64,000 bases of DNA, from IMG/VR virus record IMGVR_UViG_3300049893_002799, positions 1 through 64,000 of that record; one strand, 5' to 3'. This document shows, piece by piece, positions 9,896-18,853 of this stretch. How positions within the stretch are numbered: the stretch's first letter is position 1; each line of letters starts with the position of its first letter. The stretch comes from a virus. Position numbers and translations under genes: made by a program. The notes under the pieces are model-generated. The model ran no database searches. It was given only the letters and a program-made list of their open reading frames with translations, and was not told the origin of the DNA.

Positions 9896-9923
9896 AATAA
9901 AAAAGGCACCCAATAGGGTGCCT
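9896..9923 (-). terminator. rho-independent terminator
   Basis: AGGCACCC-TATT-GGGTGCCT followed by TTTTTATT on the minus strand. Confidence 0.8.
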
Positions 9924-9943
9924 AGTGTAGATAATAGATTTAC

Positions 9944-10276
9944 TTAGAAGGAGAATGCGAGGTCGATACTTGTAGAGAGCATGTCGCTGGTGTTGAGCTT
10001 CACAACACACTCATTCACCATAATATCTTGAGCAGCAAGCCCCTCTATAATCCCAGATTGGTATGCGTACCACAGAGGGCCCAGTAGGCGCAAATCTGCA
10101 GGCTGATATGTGACAGCAAAATTAAGTGTAAACTTACGTTGCCCCTTATTAGCGGCAGCAGTAAGACCACTAGTAATTCCTGCCAGATTATCTGTAAGAA
10201 CCCAGTCTTTGCCGTCAGCTCTAGCTTCTGCTAGTTTGGCATCAATGGCTCCAGTATAAGTAGTTCTAAGTGACAT
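9944..10276 (-). CDS. hypothetical protein
   Basis: 110-aa ORF with GGAG SD. Confidence 0.7.
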   Translation of the reverse strand: MSLRTTYTGAIDAKLAEARADGKDWVLTDNLAGITSGLTAAANKGQRKFTLNFAVTYQPADLRLLGPLWYAYQSGIIEGLAAQDIMVNECVVKLNTSDMLSTSIDLAFSF

Positions 10277-10290
10277 AGGTAGTTCTCCAA

Positions 10291-10319
10291 AAAGTGATAC
10301 ACCTATATTGTATCACTTT
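10291..10319. promoter_or_regulatory. 11-bp inverted repeat overlapping an extended -10 (TGaTACAAT, minus strand)
   Basis: AAAGTGATACA-N7-TGTATCACTTT. Confidence 0.5.
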
Positions 10320-10325
10320 ATTAAC

Positions 10326-10619
10326 TCAAACACTTGCATCCGGGTTGATGCCTTCTTGTATTTCTTGAATTTTTGCTAACAAATACTGGATCTTAGCCTC
10401 TTCATACTTTATTGCATTCTTATAGCCTGTAGACAAATCTTTAACGATTTGCTGGGCAGCAGATAGTTTTTCATCTGCATCCATCTCTTCGCGAAGAGCC
10501 TTAATCTGCATCTCTGACTTAACAACAAGGGCTGCAGCGTCATCTTCGTTTAAATTGTTATGGTTTTCCAGAAATGCCTGACTTAAGATTTTCTTAGCTT
10601 TTCCTAGATCAACTGCCAT
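10326..10619 (-). CDS. hypothetical coiled-coil protein
   Basis: 97-aa ORF with AGGAG SD. Confidence 0.7.
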   Translation of the reverse strand: MAVDLGKAKKILSQAFLENHNNLNEDDAAALVVKSEMQIKALREEMDADEKLSAAQQIVKDLSTGYKNAIKYEEAKIQYLLAKIQEIQEGINPDASV

Positions 10620-10654
10620 ATATATCTCCTTTAAAATCGTTTGGCGATATGATT

Positions 10655-11065
10655 TTACCTGTTTTCGGATTCCTTGAGACGCTTACGACGTTCTACAGCA
10701 ACGGCTTTTTCTGAGTCTGTTTTAAGTTTATGACAGGTGTGACATAGAACTCTGAGGTTGTCTGAGTCGCAGAATAATCGAGCGATAAAGGTATTCCAGT
10801 CCTGAAACCCTGTCTCGGGATCAATGACGGGTATTAGGTGGTCTACCTGAATATTTTTACCCATATGCCATTCACCGCAAGTTGAACATAAATATTCAAC
10901 TCTTGGTTTAGCAGCTTGACTTCCATCTGACTTATACCATGGGCGCTCTCGTCTCACCTTCATCATGACTTCTCTCACCATAGGTGAACGGGAGAAAGCT
11001 CTGCGAACTGCAGATCTTATGGCGCTGTTGGCATTATATTTAGGCTTCTTTTTAGGTTTGGTCAT
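10655..11065 (-). CDS. small HNH nuclease
   Basis: CSTC...VDHLIPV...NLRVLCHTCHKLKT. Confidence 0.82.
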   Translation of the reverse strand: MTKPKKKPKYNANSAIRSAVRRAFSRSPMVREVMMKVRRERPWYKSDGSQAAKPRVEYLCSTCGEWHMGKNIQVDHLIPVIDPETGFQDWNTFIARLFCDSDNLRVLCHTCHKLKTDSEKAVAVERRKRLKESENR

Positions 11066-11089
11066 AAATCCCTCTAGTGGATTTATACT

Positions 11090-11386
11090 TTAAGGCTGGA
11101 TTGGTACCGGAAACTGTTTTTCTAAACTCCATTGACCATTTTTGGCTAATTTTAACTTTTCTTTAGCCATATTAAGAGCTTGTGCTTTCTGATCAGGGTC
11201 TTCGACTTGCTGAGCAACTTTCACCGGATCTTTCTTAGAACCGGGGACTAATGAGGGCTGTTTAGGCAGTTGTGGGGCATCTATTTTAGGCATTCCTGGG
11301 AGCTTAGGTCCTTTTGGGGATGGCATTGCTAAGGCCTTCTCTAAGGTTTCCATGATCTCTACCAATTTTAACTCGAGTTTATCCAT
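11090..11386 (-). CDS. hypothetical proline-rich protein
   Basis: 98-aa ORF with a Pro/Lys-rich centre. Confidence 0.6.
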   Translation of the reverse strand: MDKLELKLVEIMETLEKALAMPSPKGPKLPGMPKIDAPQLPKQPSLVPGSKKDPVKVAQQVEDPDQKAQALNMAKEKLKLAKNGQWSLEKQFPVPIQP

Positions 11387-11398
11387 ATCTATATCATA

Positions 11399-13117
11399 TC
11401 AGACTATTGTAGAAATACCATCTCTTTTTTCAACTTTGACAATAGTAGAAAACATTGATTTAGCTTCACTTGCATGATCTATAACCCATATCTGGCGATT
11501 AGCTGATATGGATTCTAACACTTCAATTACACGCTCGCGATTTAGGGTATCCAACCCCTCAAATGGTTCATCTAGTACTATGGGGTTCATAAAGAGGCCA
11601 AACATGGACTCTACAATATCAATTACAGCAAAATCAACTGCCAAAGAAAGACAGCGAAGTTCTCCGCCAGATAGGCTACCAATTGATCGATCAACACCAT
11701 TTATCGTCAACTTATCACTAAATTTAGCTTTAATGTCACCAGTCTTATTCTCTTTATAGGATTTGAGCGCATAGGTTGCATTGGGCCATACTAATGTCAC
11801 ATATTGGTGCACGCTTTCATTAAAGCGGTCGATTACGGAATCTACAACATACGCTGGAGCTCCGGTAGGAGCTAAAGTAGAAGAAATGGCCTCATATATT
11901 AGCAATTCCTCTTTTGAAGACTCGATTTTAGTATTTAAGGTTGCTAGTACCTTTTTAGCATTAACAATTTTAGCTGCTAATTCATCTTGCTTTACTATCT
12001 TCTCTTCTATCAAAGAAAGTTGCATCTCCTTAACTCTTAAGGAGGACCTGTATTCCGCGATGAGGTCAGATGTAGATTCATAGTCAGATAGAGCAGATGA
12101 TCTTTTTGATTTTAATTTTTGTAAGTTATCCAGAACATTCTGTTTATCATCCACTGTCTTTGATAAATCATCTATTACTTCACTATGAATTGCTAACTCA
12201 CTCTCAAGATGTTCTCTAGTTGTTGGACCATCTGTTCCCATCGTGAAGGAGTTGCTACAGTGAGGACATGCGATACTGTTTGTTTCTAAATTCTTGATAG
12301 ATAGGCCAATTCTTTTAGCCATATTTTTAGCAGACACAATCTTTGCTTCTGCAGCAGAAATATCTCTAAGTCTTAAATTAAGAGAAGTTTCTAACTTATC
12401 AAACTTAGACATATCGGGTTTCTGTATGCTAGATAATTCAGCTATTTTATTAGTTAATTTTGTTTTGTCTGCTAAAATAGAGGCCTTATCAATCAATAGA
12501 TCCTGAATATCAGCCACATCTTCACCATATGTGGCAATTTTAGCTTCAACTTTTCCATAAGTAAGCTGTAATTCATATAATTCTGCAGTCTTACTTTTTA
12601 TAAGGTTATCGACCTTTTTCTTTTGCTCAGCAAAATCCTCTAGACTTAGAAGACGCAAAAAGAAATCCTTTTTAGCAGAATCATTGAGTGTAATGAGTTT
12701 CATAGATTCTGTTTGGGCAGAATACATACAAATCAAAAACTGCTCATATGTTAAACCTATTATAAGTTCAAGCTGTTCCTGCGTCATTTCTGGAACTAGA
12801 ATATTATTTTTAGAGACGGAAAAATTGGTAGGTCTGCCCCTTTTGATATCATAGAGATCTTGTCCAACCTGAACTACAACTCTAGCGTATCCTATCTTAC
12901 ATCCTTTTCTAAGGATTTCAGAGGCTGTAACTTTGCGCGGAAGTTTATTGAAGATTGCAAAAGATAGGGCATTAAATATAGAGGTCTTACCAGCTCCATT
13001 ATGAGAACCATCATCGTGGTTCCATCCGTCAAGTAAAACTAAACCACTGTCGCCGAAAGATAGATTGATGTGGCCGATACTTAAAATATTCTCGACCTCT
13101 AATTCAATCACTTTCAT
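11399..13117 (-). CDS. sbcC: SbcC/Rad50 (gp46-like) ABC ATPase
   Basis: NGAGKTS Walker A, coiled coil with CPHC zinc hook, LSGGE signature, VLDEP Walker B, IDH switch. Confidence 0.92.
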   Translation of the reverse strand: MKVIELEVENILSIGHINLSFGDSGLVLLDGWNHDDGSHNGAGKTSIFNALSFAIFNKLPRKVTASEILRKGCKIGYARVVVQVGQDLYDIKRGRPTNFSVSKNNILVPEMTQEQLELIIGLTYEQFLICMYSAQTESMKLITLNDSAKKDFFLRLLSLEDFAEQKKKVDNLIKSKTAELYELQLTYGKVEAKIATYGEDVADIQDLLIDKASILADKTKLTNKIAELSSIQKPDMSKFDKLETSLNLRLRDISAAEAKIVSAKNMAKRIGLSIKNLETNSIACPHCSNSFTMGTDGPTTREHLESELAIHSEVIDDLSKTVDDKQNVLDNLQKLKSKRSSALSDYESTSDLIAEYRSSLRVKEMQLSLIEEKIVKQDELAAKIVNAKKVLATLNTKIESSKEELLIYEAISSTLAPTGAPAYVVDSVIDRFNESVHQYVTLVWPNATYALKSYKENKTGDIKAKFSDKLTINGVDRSIGSLSGGELRCLSLAVDFAVIDIVESMFGLFMNPIVLDEPFEGLDTLNRERVIEVLESISANRQIWVIDHASEAKSMFSTIVKVEKRDGISTIV

Positions 13118-13120
13118 GGC

Positions 13121-13480
13121 TTATCTCTTTGAAGGAGGTTTATCATTGATATGTATTTTACCGGCATCGTCCACAAATATCCAGTCATTTTCCAACATAG
13201 TTTCTAAGCTATACGTGCCAGAGTTAACAAAGCGAGGAACTTCTACTGACCAATAATAATCTTCTCGACGCTCCTTAATTAAATCAAGCTGTCCATCTGT
13301 ATGTGTTACGCCGGTATATTTATCGACCACCTCACGGACATTAGCTGGACCGTTTAACGTAGGCATCTGGCGATTCATTTTATTACTACAGGCAGAACAT
13401 TCCACCTGTTCGACAAGATGCGGAACATACATCTGCTTAGATGTCCCGCAGTTTGAGCATACAAAAGTATATTTTGCCAT
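13121..13480 (-). CDS. FmdB-type zinc-ribbon protein
   Basis: MAKYTFVCSNCG...CSAC pattern. Confidence 0.65.
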   Translation of the reverse strand: MAKYTFVCSNCGTSKQMYVPHLVEQVECSACSNKMNRQMPTLNGPANVREVVDKYTGVTHTDGQLDLIKERREDYYWSVEVPRFVNSGTYSLETMLENDWIFVDDAGKIHINDKPPSKR

Positions 13481-14223
13481 TAGAACTCCAATCCGACACC
13501 TAGCCTAATATCTCCAAACTTAACTTTACTTCCGCTTACACCACCCCCAATAAATATTGGACCAGCTATAGGATAAGATGCGTGGGCGTAGCCTAGAAGA
13601 TCTTCTTTATCATAAGAAGCTCCGATTTCAGGTCTAAACTTCTTTTTGTTGACCTCTACAATCTTCTCTTTTTCAACAATTTTTTCTACTACTTTTTGTT
13701 CACTTCGTACTTTAGCAATCTCTTGATCAAACTCTTTTTTTAACTCAACAACACGTTCTTCATGAACCTTTTTCCACTTATCTTCTATAACTTTAACTTT
13801 CTTCTTAAATTCTTCACGAACTTGAACTATTACACTAGAAACTTCTTCAGAGTTAGATTCTTCAATCTCTTTCTCTAAGATAGTTCCATCTGGTTTAACT
13901 AGTTTAAACTTTTGTTTCTTATTTGACTGCTTAAGACTACGGTTTTCTTGAGTTAATAGCTCCAAGTGTTTAGATAGTTCCAATTCCCGAGTTCTTGATT
14001 CTGACTCTTGTGCAAATAGTTTTTGACTTAATTGCTTCGTTTCTTCAGCATGCGTTTTCTGCATATCTTGAATCTTTAGTTCGTAGCTTTCTTTAAGTTT
14101 AAGAGTTTCTCGCTCTGTCGTAGTTTTTGAAGGATAGAGAAGTACGCCTAGAACTCCTCCTAGTACCAGAAAAAATACCGCCTTGAACCAGTCATATTGC
14201 CATAGTTCTTTTAACTTACTCAT
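13480..14223 (-). CDS. membrane-anchored coiled-coil protein with beta-strand C-terminus (possible spanin/envelope protein)
   Basis: N-terminal hydrophobic helix AVFFLVLGGVLGVLLY, long charged coiled coil, amphipathic strands ending LGVGLEF. Confidence 0.6.
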   Translation of the reverse strand: MSKLKELWQYDWFKAVFFLVLGGVLGVLLYPSKTTTERETLKLKESYELKIQDMQKTHAEETKQLSQKLFAQESESRTRELELSKHLELLTQENRSLKQSNKKQKFKLVKPDGTILEKEIEESNSEEVSSVIVQVREEFKKKVKVIEDKWKKVHEERVVELKKEFDQEIAKVRSEQKVVEKIVEKEKIVEVNKKKFRPEIGASYDKEDLLGYAHASYPIAGPIFIGGGVSGSKVKFGDIRLGVGLEF

Positions 14224-15925
14224 TTGCAGTCTCCATCATGTTCTTGAATGCTTGATTTGCTAATTCTGCCTGTGCTTCTAAGCCCACATCCCGCGGAACG
14301 ACTATGACGCCTCCCAACGTTGTTAAGAGTGATGCTACCGATATAGCGTTGCCGATACTAACGCGAACCACTTTTGCTGGCTCAATAATTCCAGCCGTAA
14401 TAGGATTGACGAGTTGGTGAAGATTGGCATCAAACACCTTTGTTGGCAAAGTTTTATTAGAAAATCCAGTATCTATATAGTTTTTCATTGAATCCCAGAC
14501 TTCATCGAAATTCTCACCACAATTACTTAGTAATAACTTAAATGGTCCTTCGAGTGCGTTGGCCAAAATATCCCAAGCTTCAGTTTTATCTGGATGAGAT
14601 TTTATCAGTCTAGACAAAACTAAATGCATGCTACAACCACCAGTCACTACACCTTCTGCAATAGCAGATCGCACCGCTTCTACAGCATCTTCAACTCGAG
14701 CCTTCTTTTCCCGAATCTCAAGATCAGAAACGCCGCCCACATGAATAGTGGAAACTCCACCAGTTAGTTTTGCAATTGCAGCCCGCAGGAATGATCTATC
14801 GAGTTCACTCATGGCTGTTTCCATGATAGCTTTAAGCTCTCCTACTCGAGCATCTACTGCTCCATCATCACCGACAGCAACAATAAAAGACTCATACATA
14901 TTAACACGCGCTGTCTCAAAACTACCCAACCCATCTTCATCCATTTCTTCTACGGTTCCAGGATCGTAAACGGTTGCACCCGTATATGCTGCCATATCAT
15001 CTAGGAACATGGATGCGCCGTTTGGGAGACCAGATCTAGGGGTCTTAATAGGAATGATCGTAAGGCCGCCTTTTGTTGTTTTAGCAAACTTATCTAAAAC
15101 ACTGTCTGCAAAACCATGGGCGAATACTATAATAGGGGTTCCGTCGGAAAACCCACCGTCATCAGAAACTACATCTTGAATTAGTCCAGGAACTTTGAGG
15201 TCGTTTAATGAGCCATCAAACAGAACTACATGCCCCTTATCCATCTTGACTTGTTGATTTGCCTTGTCATTGATGAATGCGGGTCCAATTTGACCCAAAT
15301 CTTTAAGTCCAGTTGTAACTATATAACCTTCAGATGGCTCAACATAAGTTTTACCACCCTGACTCTCATTGATTAATACAGTGCCGTCATCGCCAGCCTG
15401 CATTACTGCCCGCACGACAACATTAGCAATCTCTTTGTCACCATTAGCTGATATTGTAGCTACAAATTGTAACTGCTCTTCACTATTAACTTTAATTGCT
15501 ACATCGCTAAGAAAAGAATTAACAACGCTACTATATGCATCATTAAGTTCATTGATCATGCGCTGTGGATTATATTTAGGCCGCGTGGACAAGAATTTCT
15601 GCCCTTCTTTTACTAAAGCATCGGCCAATACTATGGCAGTAGTAGTACCGTCACCAGCTTCTTTTGCTGTATTAATACAGATTTCTTTTGCAGCTTCTAC
15701 TATAGTATTAGCTGCTGCATCAGCAACTCCAATATTCTTAGCGACTGTGACGCCGTCTTTCGTAACAAGCGGAGGCATGCCATCTCGCTCAATAAGCACG
15801 GGATTTCCGCCTGGTCCAAGCGTCGCGCCAACTATTGAAGCCATATCATTGATAGTTTGACTTACTAGATCTCTAATCTTATTTTTATCAGCTAGAATTT
15901 GCTTTGCTTTTACTTTATTAAACAT
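14216..15925 (-). CDS. groEL: phage chaperonin GroEL
   Basis: TLGPGG, VTKDGVTVAK, AGDGTTTA, ATISANGD, RVEDA, GIIEPAKV; ATG at 15925. Confidence 0.95.
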   Translation of the reverse strand: MFNKVKAKQILADKNKIRDLVSQTINDMASIVGATLGPGGNPVLIERDGMPPLVTKDGVTVAKNIGVADAAANTIVEAAKEICINTAKEAGDGTTTAIVLADALVKEGQKFLSTRPKYNPQRMINELNDAYSSVVNSFLSDVAIKVNSEEQLQFVATISANGDKEIANVVVRAVMQAGDDGTVLINESQGGKTYVEPSEGYIVTTGLKDLGQIGPAFINDKANQQVKMDKGHVVLFDGSLNDLKVPGLIQDVVSDDGGFSDGTPIIVFAHGFADSVLDKFAKTTKGGLTIIPIKTPRSGLPNGASMFLDDMAAYTGATVYDPGTVEEMDEDGLGSFETARVNMYESFIVAVGDDGAVDARVGELKAIMETAMSELDRSFLRAAIAKLTGGVSTIHVGGVSDLEIREKKARVEDAVEAVRSAIAEGVVTGGCSMHLVLSRLIKSHPDKTEAWDILANALEGPFKLLLSNCGENFDEVWDSMKNYIDTGFSNKTLPTKVFDANLHQLVNPITAGIIEPAKVVRVSIGNAISVASLLTTLGGVIVVPRDVGLEAQAELANQAFKNMMETANE

Positions 15926-16616
15926 TGCTCTTCGTCTCCTTAATAAACTTCTCATATCGCTTCATGCGCTTTGGATCAACTTCAAATCCGTAGAAACTAT
16001 GACCGAGTTTTAATGCTGCCTGTACAGTAGATTGATTCCCCATCCACGGATCAAACACTATTGATCCTGGTAAGGAGTCAGTCATCCGGAGTAGAAGTTC
16101 GGCAAGATCATTAGAAATAGACTCATCTAGTGATCCAGTTTCAACTTTCCAAGTATTTCCTGGGCACGATATTTCAGAGTCAGTTTTTAGATACTGCCGT
16201 ATTGGTAGGCGATCTAAGTTCCAAACATCTCCGTTGCAGAAATACAAAACGTACTCATGAGAGTTAACTAAGTTAATCTCTGATCTCTTACCTGGATACC
16301 AGGTCTTCTGAATAACAATATTATCTATATGATTAAAACCAGCACTACTCATATATTGGGCAACTTGAAATGGTCTAGCTTTGGCCTCAACAGGTGCATA
16401 ACAGATCAAAAATACGATACCGTTTTTAACCATATGACTTTTTAACTTAGTAGCAAACTCTTGCATCATCGAGTCATCGTACCCATCGCGCTTACGAATA
16501 GGCACTCTTGTGATACAGAGTTCTATATTTGCGGGCCAGACTGCATCTGAGTGAAAGGGGCTTAAATTAGATATGCGGATATTGGATGTGAAAAGTTTTG
16601 CCAAATTATCGCTCAC
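15918..16616 (-). CDS. N4/N6 DNA methyltransferase-like protein with degenerate catalytic motifs
   Basis: Beta-class layout (HEYVLYF; IVFDPWMG...GFEVD), but TRVP occupies the usual S/DPPY position. Confidence 0.7.
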   Translation of the reverse strand: MSDNLAKLFTSNIRISNLSPFHSDAVWPANIELCITRVPIRKRDGYDDSMMQEFATKLKSHMVKNGIVFLICYAPVEAKARPFQVAQYMSSAGFNHIDNIVIQKTWYPGKRSEINLVNSHEYVLYFCNGDVWNLDRLPIRQYLKTDSEISCPGNTWKVETGSLDESISNDLAELLLRMTDSLPGSIVFDPWMGNQSTVQAALKLGHSFYGFEVDPKRMKRYEKFIKETKSNV

Positions 16617-16656
16617 ATAGCCTCCTATGGTACTATGTGAGCATTATACTTAATTA

Positions 16657-17271
16657 TTAGGCTCCTGTAGAGCCAAATCCTCCAGTACCGCGATCAGTTT
16701 CTGTATCTACTTTATCAACTTGCACCATGAAGTACTCGTTGGAATGTGGATTCATTGTGATCTGAGCAATTTTGTCGCCTTTCTTAATCTCTATTGGTTT
16801 GATATTCATGGACTGCCCGTCATCTGGGTAAAAACCCCCTTTAGCATTTGCTATCCACTTAAGTCCCCAGTTGAGATTAGTAGCAATAACATGTGGAACG
16901 CCGCGATATCCTTCATCTACAACACCGGCATATACCAGCATACCTTTAGAACCCAATCCAGATTTGGTCTCAATTTGGGCCCAAGATCCAGCAGGCAACT
17001 TCATGCGGATATTAAGTGGATGCTTAATAATTTGACCTGGATACAAAGTTACATCTTCAGTCGCATATACGTCAAAGCCAGCATCGGTACGATTAGCTTT
17101 AGCTGGAAGTTTTCCACCGTCTAAAACCTCAACTTCAATCTTAAATGCCTGTTCACGAAGTTGCTGCAACTTCTTCATATGCTCTGCCATACGCTCACCC
17201 TGTTTTTCAATGTCGGCCGCAATAAGATTTTGAGCTAACTCACTATTTATAGTTTGCTTATCTAATTTCAT
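16657..17271 (-). CDS. dut: trimeric dUTPase
   Basis: AGFDV, KSGLG, GVVDEGYRG, KIAQ and RGTGGFGSTG motifs. Confidence 0.95.
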   Translation of the reverse strand: MKLDKQTINSELAQNLIAADIEKQGERMAEHMKKLQQLREQAFKIEVEVLDGGKLPAKANRTDAGFDVYATEDVTLYPGQIIKHPLNIRMKLPAGSWAQIETKSGLGSKGMLVYAGVVDEGYRGVPHVIATNLNWGLKWIANAKGGFYPDDGQSMNIKPIEIKKGDKIAQITMNPHSNEYFMVQVDKVDTETDRGTGGFGSTGA

Positions 17272-17413
17272 ACAACCTCCAGATTGTTACCAGCGCATTA
17301 TACAAATAAAAAAAAATTTTCATTTTGACTCCAAAAAACATGTTTTCGCGGGTAAAATAAATTTGTATATACCCTACCATACCATTCTATACATTTCTTA
17401 TTAGAAAATACAT

Positions 17414-17458
17414 ACGCGCGCTATGCGCGCGTGTTATGCAGGCGCTTCGCGCCTGCAT
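17414..17458. repeat. two adjacent GC-rich perfect hairpins next to an AT-rich tract
   Basis: ACGCGCGC-TAT-GCGCGCGT (17414-17432) and ATGCAGGCGC-TTC-GCGCCTGCAT (17436-17458). Confidence 0.85.
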
Positions 17459-17483
17459 GTAAGGTTTAGAAGAGAGTGTATTT

Positions 17484-17723
17484 TTAAGGAAGTGGTAGTG
17501 TGAGGTCCAAATCTATTACTTCAAAGTCAACTACTGCACCAGCATATGGAAAGTAGTTATCTTTCACTATCTCAAGTCTCTTTTTAAGAGGTTCTGCCCT
17601 ATGAATATTAGCCATTATGAGGGGGTGGATCTTGTCTATAAATAAGTCTAACTCTTGTTCAGAGTTAAAAATCATGTAGTCTAGATATTTATTGTGCTCA
17701 CCAAGCAGTATGAGAATTTTCAT
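17484..17723 (-). CDS. hypothetical protein
   Basis: 79-aa ORF with an ATGA overlap on the sigma stop codon. Confidence 0.55.
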   Translation of the reverse strand: MKILILLGEHNKYLDYMIFNSEQELDLFIDKIHPLIMANIHRAEPLKKRLEIVKDNYFPYAGAVVDFEVIDLDLTLPLP

Positions 17724-18406
17724 TTTATGCCATATTTTAGTCTTAAAACTTTCTCTTCTCTAAAAGAGAGATCTTGCAGGGAAGATGTTATGGTGTTATT
17801 AAGTTCGTTTTCCATTGCGGAGAATGATGGACTATTGTTGTCAGTGAGAGTATCGCTGTACCGAACATCGCTATCTTCTACAATTAGGTCATCTATACTA
17901 GCTAGAGGTGCACCAAAATTTATGACATCATTAACTTTATCTATGGATACTCCAGCTCGTTCAGCTATCTCTTCGTGAGTCGGTGACCTACCGAACTCAG
18001 TAACAAATAAGCTAACAGCTTTAGAAACTTTATTATATGTTTCCACCATGTGGACAGGAAGTCGTATTAGGCGGTTTTTATCAGCTATGGCACGTGTTAC
18101 TGCTTGCCGTATCCACCAGGTAGCATAAGTGGAAAACTTATATCCACGCTGGTACTCGAACTTCTCAATAGCCTTCATCAGCCCTATATTTCCCTCTTGA
18201 ATCAAATCTTCAAGAGGCATTCCACGACTACTGTAGGCTTTAGCTACTGATATTACTAGTCGAAGATTGGCTCGAATAAGCTTATCTTTTGCTCTACTGT
18301 CACCAGCTAAAATCTGCTTTGCAAGTTCGACTTCTTGTTGATAGGTTAAAAGAGGTGTTTTTGCGGCCTCTTTCATGTAGAGTTTTAGAATATCTGTGTC
18401 GCTCAT
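17720..18406 (-). CDS. RpoD-like sigma70 factor lacking region 4.2
   Basis: Region 1.2 PLLT..QEVELAK; region 2 [11 protein letters not shown]...[17 protein letters not shown]...[13 protein letters not shown]; RLPVHM; ends at [13 protein letters not shown]. Confidence 0.92.
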   Translation of the reverse strand: MSDTDILKLYMKEAAKTPLLTYQQEVELAKQILAGDSRAKDKLIRANLRLVISVAKAYSSRGMPLEDLIQEGNIGLMKAIEKFEYQRGYKFSTYATWWIRQAVTRAIADKNRLIRLPVHMVETYNKVSKAVSLFVTEFGRSPTHEEIAERAGVSIDKVNDVINFGAPLASIDDLIVEDSDVRYSDTLTDNNSPSFSAMENELNNTITSSLQDLSFREEKVLRLKYGIK

Positions 18407-18414
18407 CTCTGTCC

Positions 18415-18852
18415 TTAGTTTTTTAGAAGTATTCGCTCCAAATCATGGGCTATTACATCGAACTCTGATGCACCATAAGTTATCTCGATTATACAATAGT
18501 GATGACAGTGGAGCATTAGTTTTTCTAAAAGATCTAAGTTATCAATGTGGATATACTGCATAGTGTGTGAGTATTCATCTAGTTTAAATACCTCAAAATA
18601 TACAGCTTTAATAACACCGAGAAAGGAATATTTGGCGGTAAGATCTTCTTTATTGATCTTTTTATAGTGCATCCAGACACGAATATTGACGTGGTGACCG
18701 TAACTGAGAGCATCTAGCCTAATTTTTTCGACAATGACGTGTTTTTTGGGACGATAGAAGAAGCGACTCGGTGTTAATAGAGCAGTAAGGTCTTTTTTTC
18801 GTGTAGGCGAGGCATTTGTCAACCAGCCCTGGTAAACAATAGTAATAGCCAT
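18415..18852 (-). CDS. hypothetical protein
   Basis: 145-aa ORF in the operon. Confidence 0.6.
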   Translation of the reverse strand: MAITIVYQGWLTNASPTRKKDLTALLTPSRFFYRPKKHVIVEKIRLDALSYGHHVNIRVWMHYKKINKEDLTAKYSFLGVIKAVYFEVFKLDEYSHTMQYIHIDNLDLLEKLMLHCHHYCIIEITYGASEFDVIAHDLERILLKN

Positions 18853-18853
18853 T

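Noticed and set aside
1-13117. Separation of sbcD and sbcC by about 10 kb as a novelty
   Set aside because: Dispersed gene order is common in large phages.
17484-17723. Frameshifted region 4.2 of the sigma factor
   Set aside because: Neither read-through of the sigma stop nor the downstream ORF gives a sigma-4 helix-turn-helix sequence.
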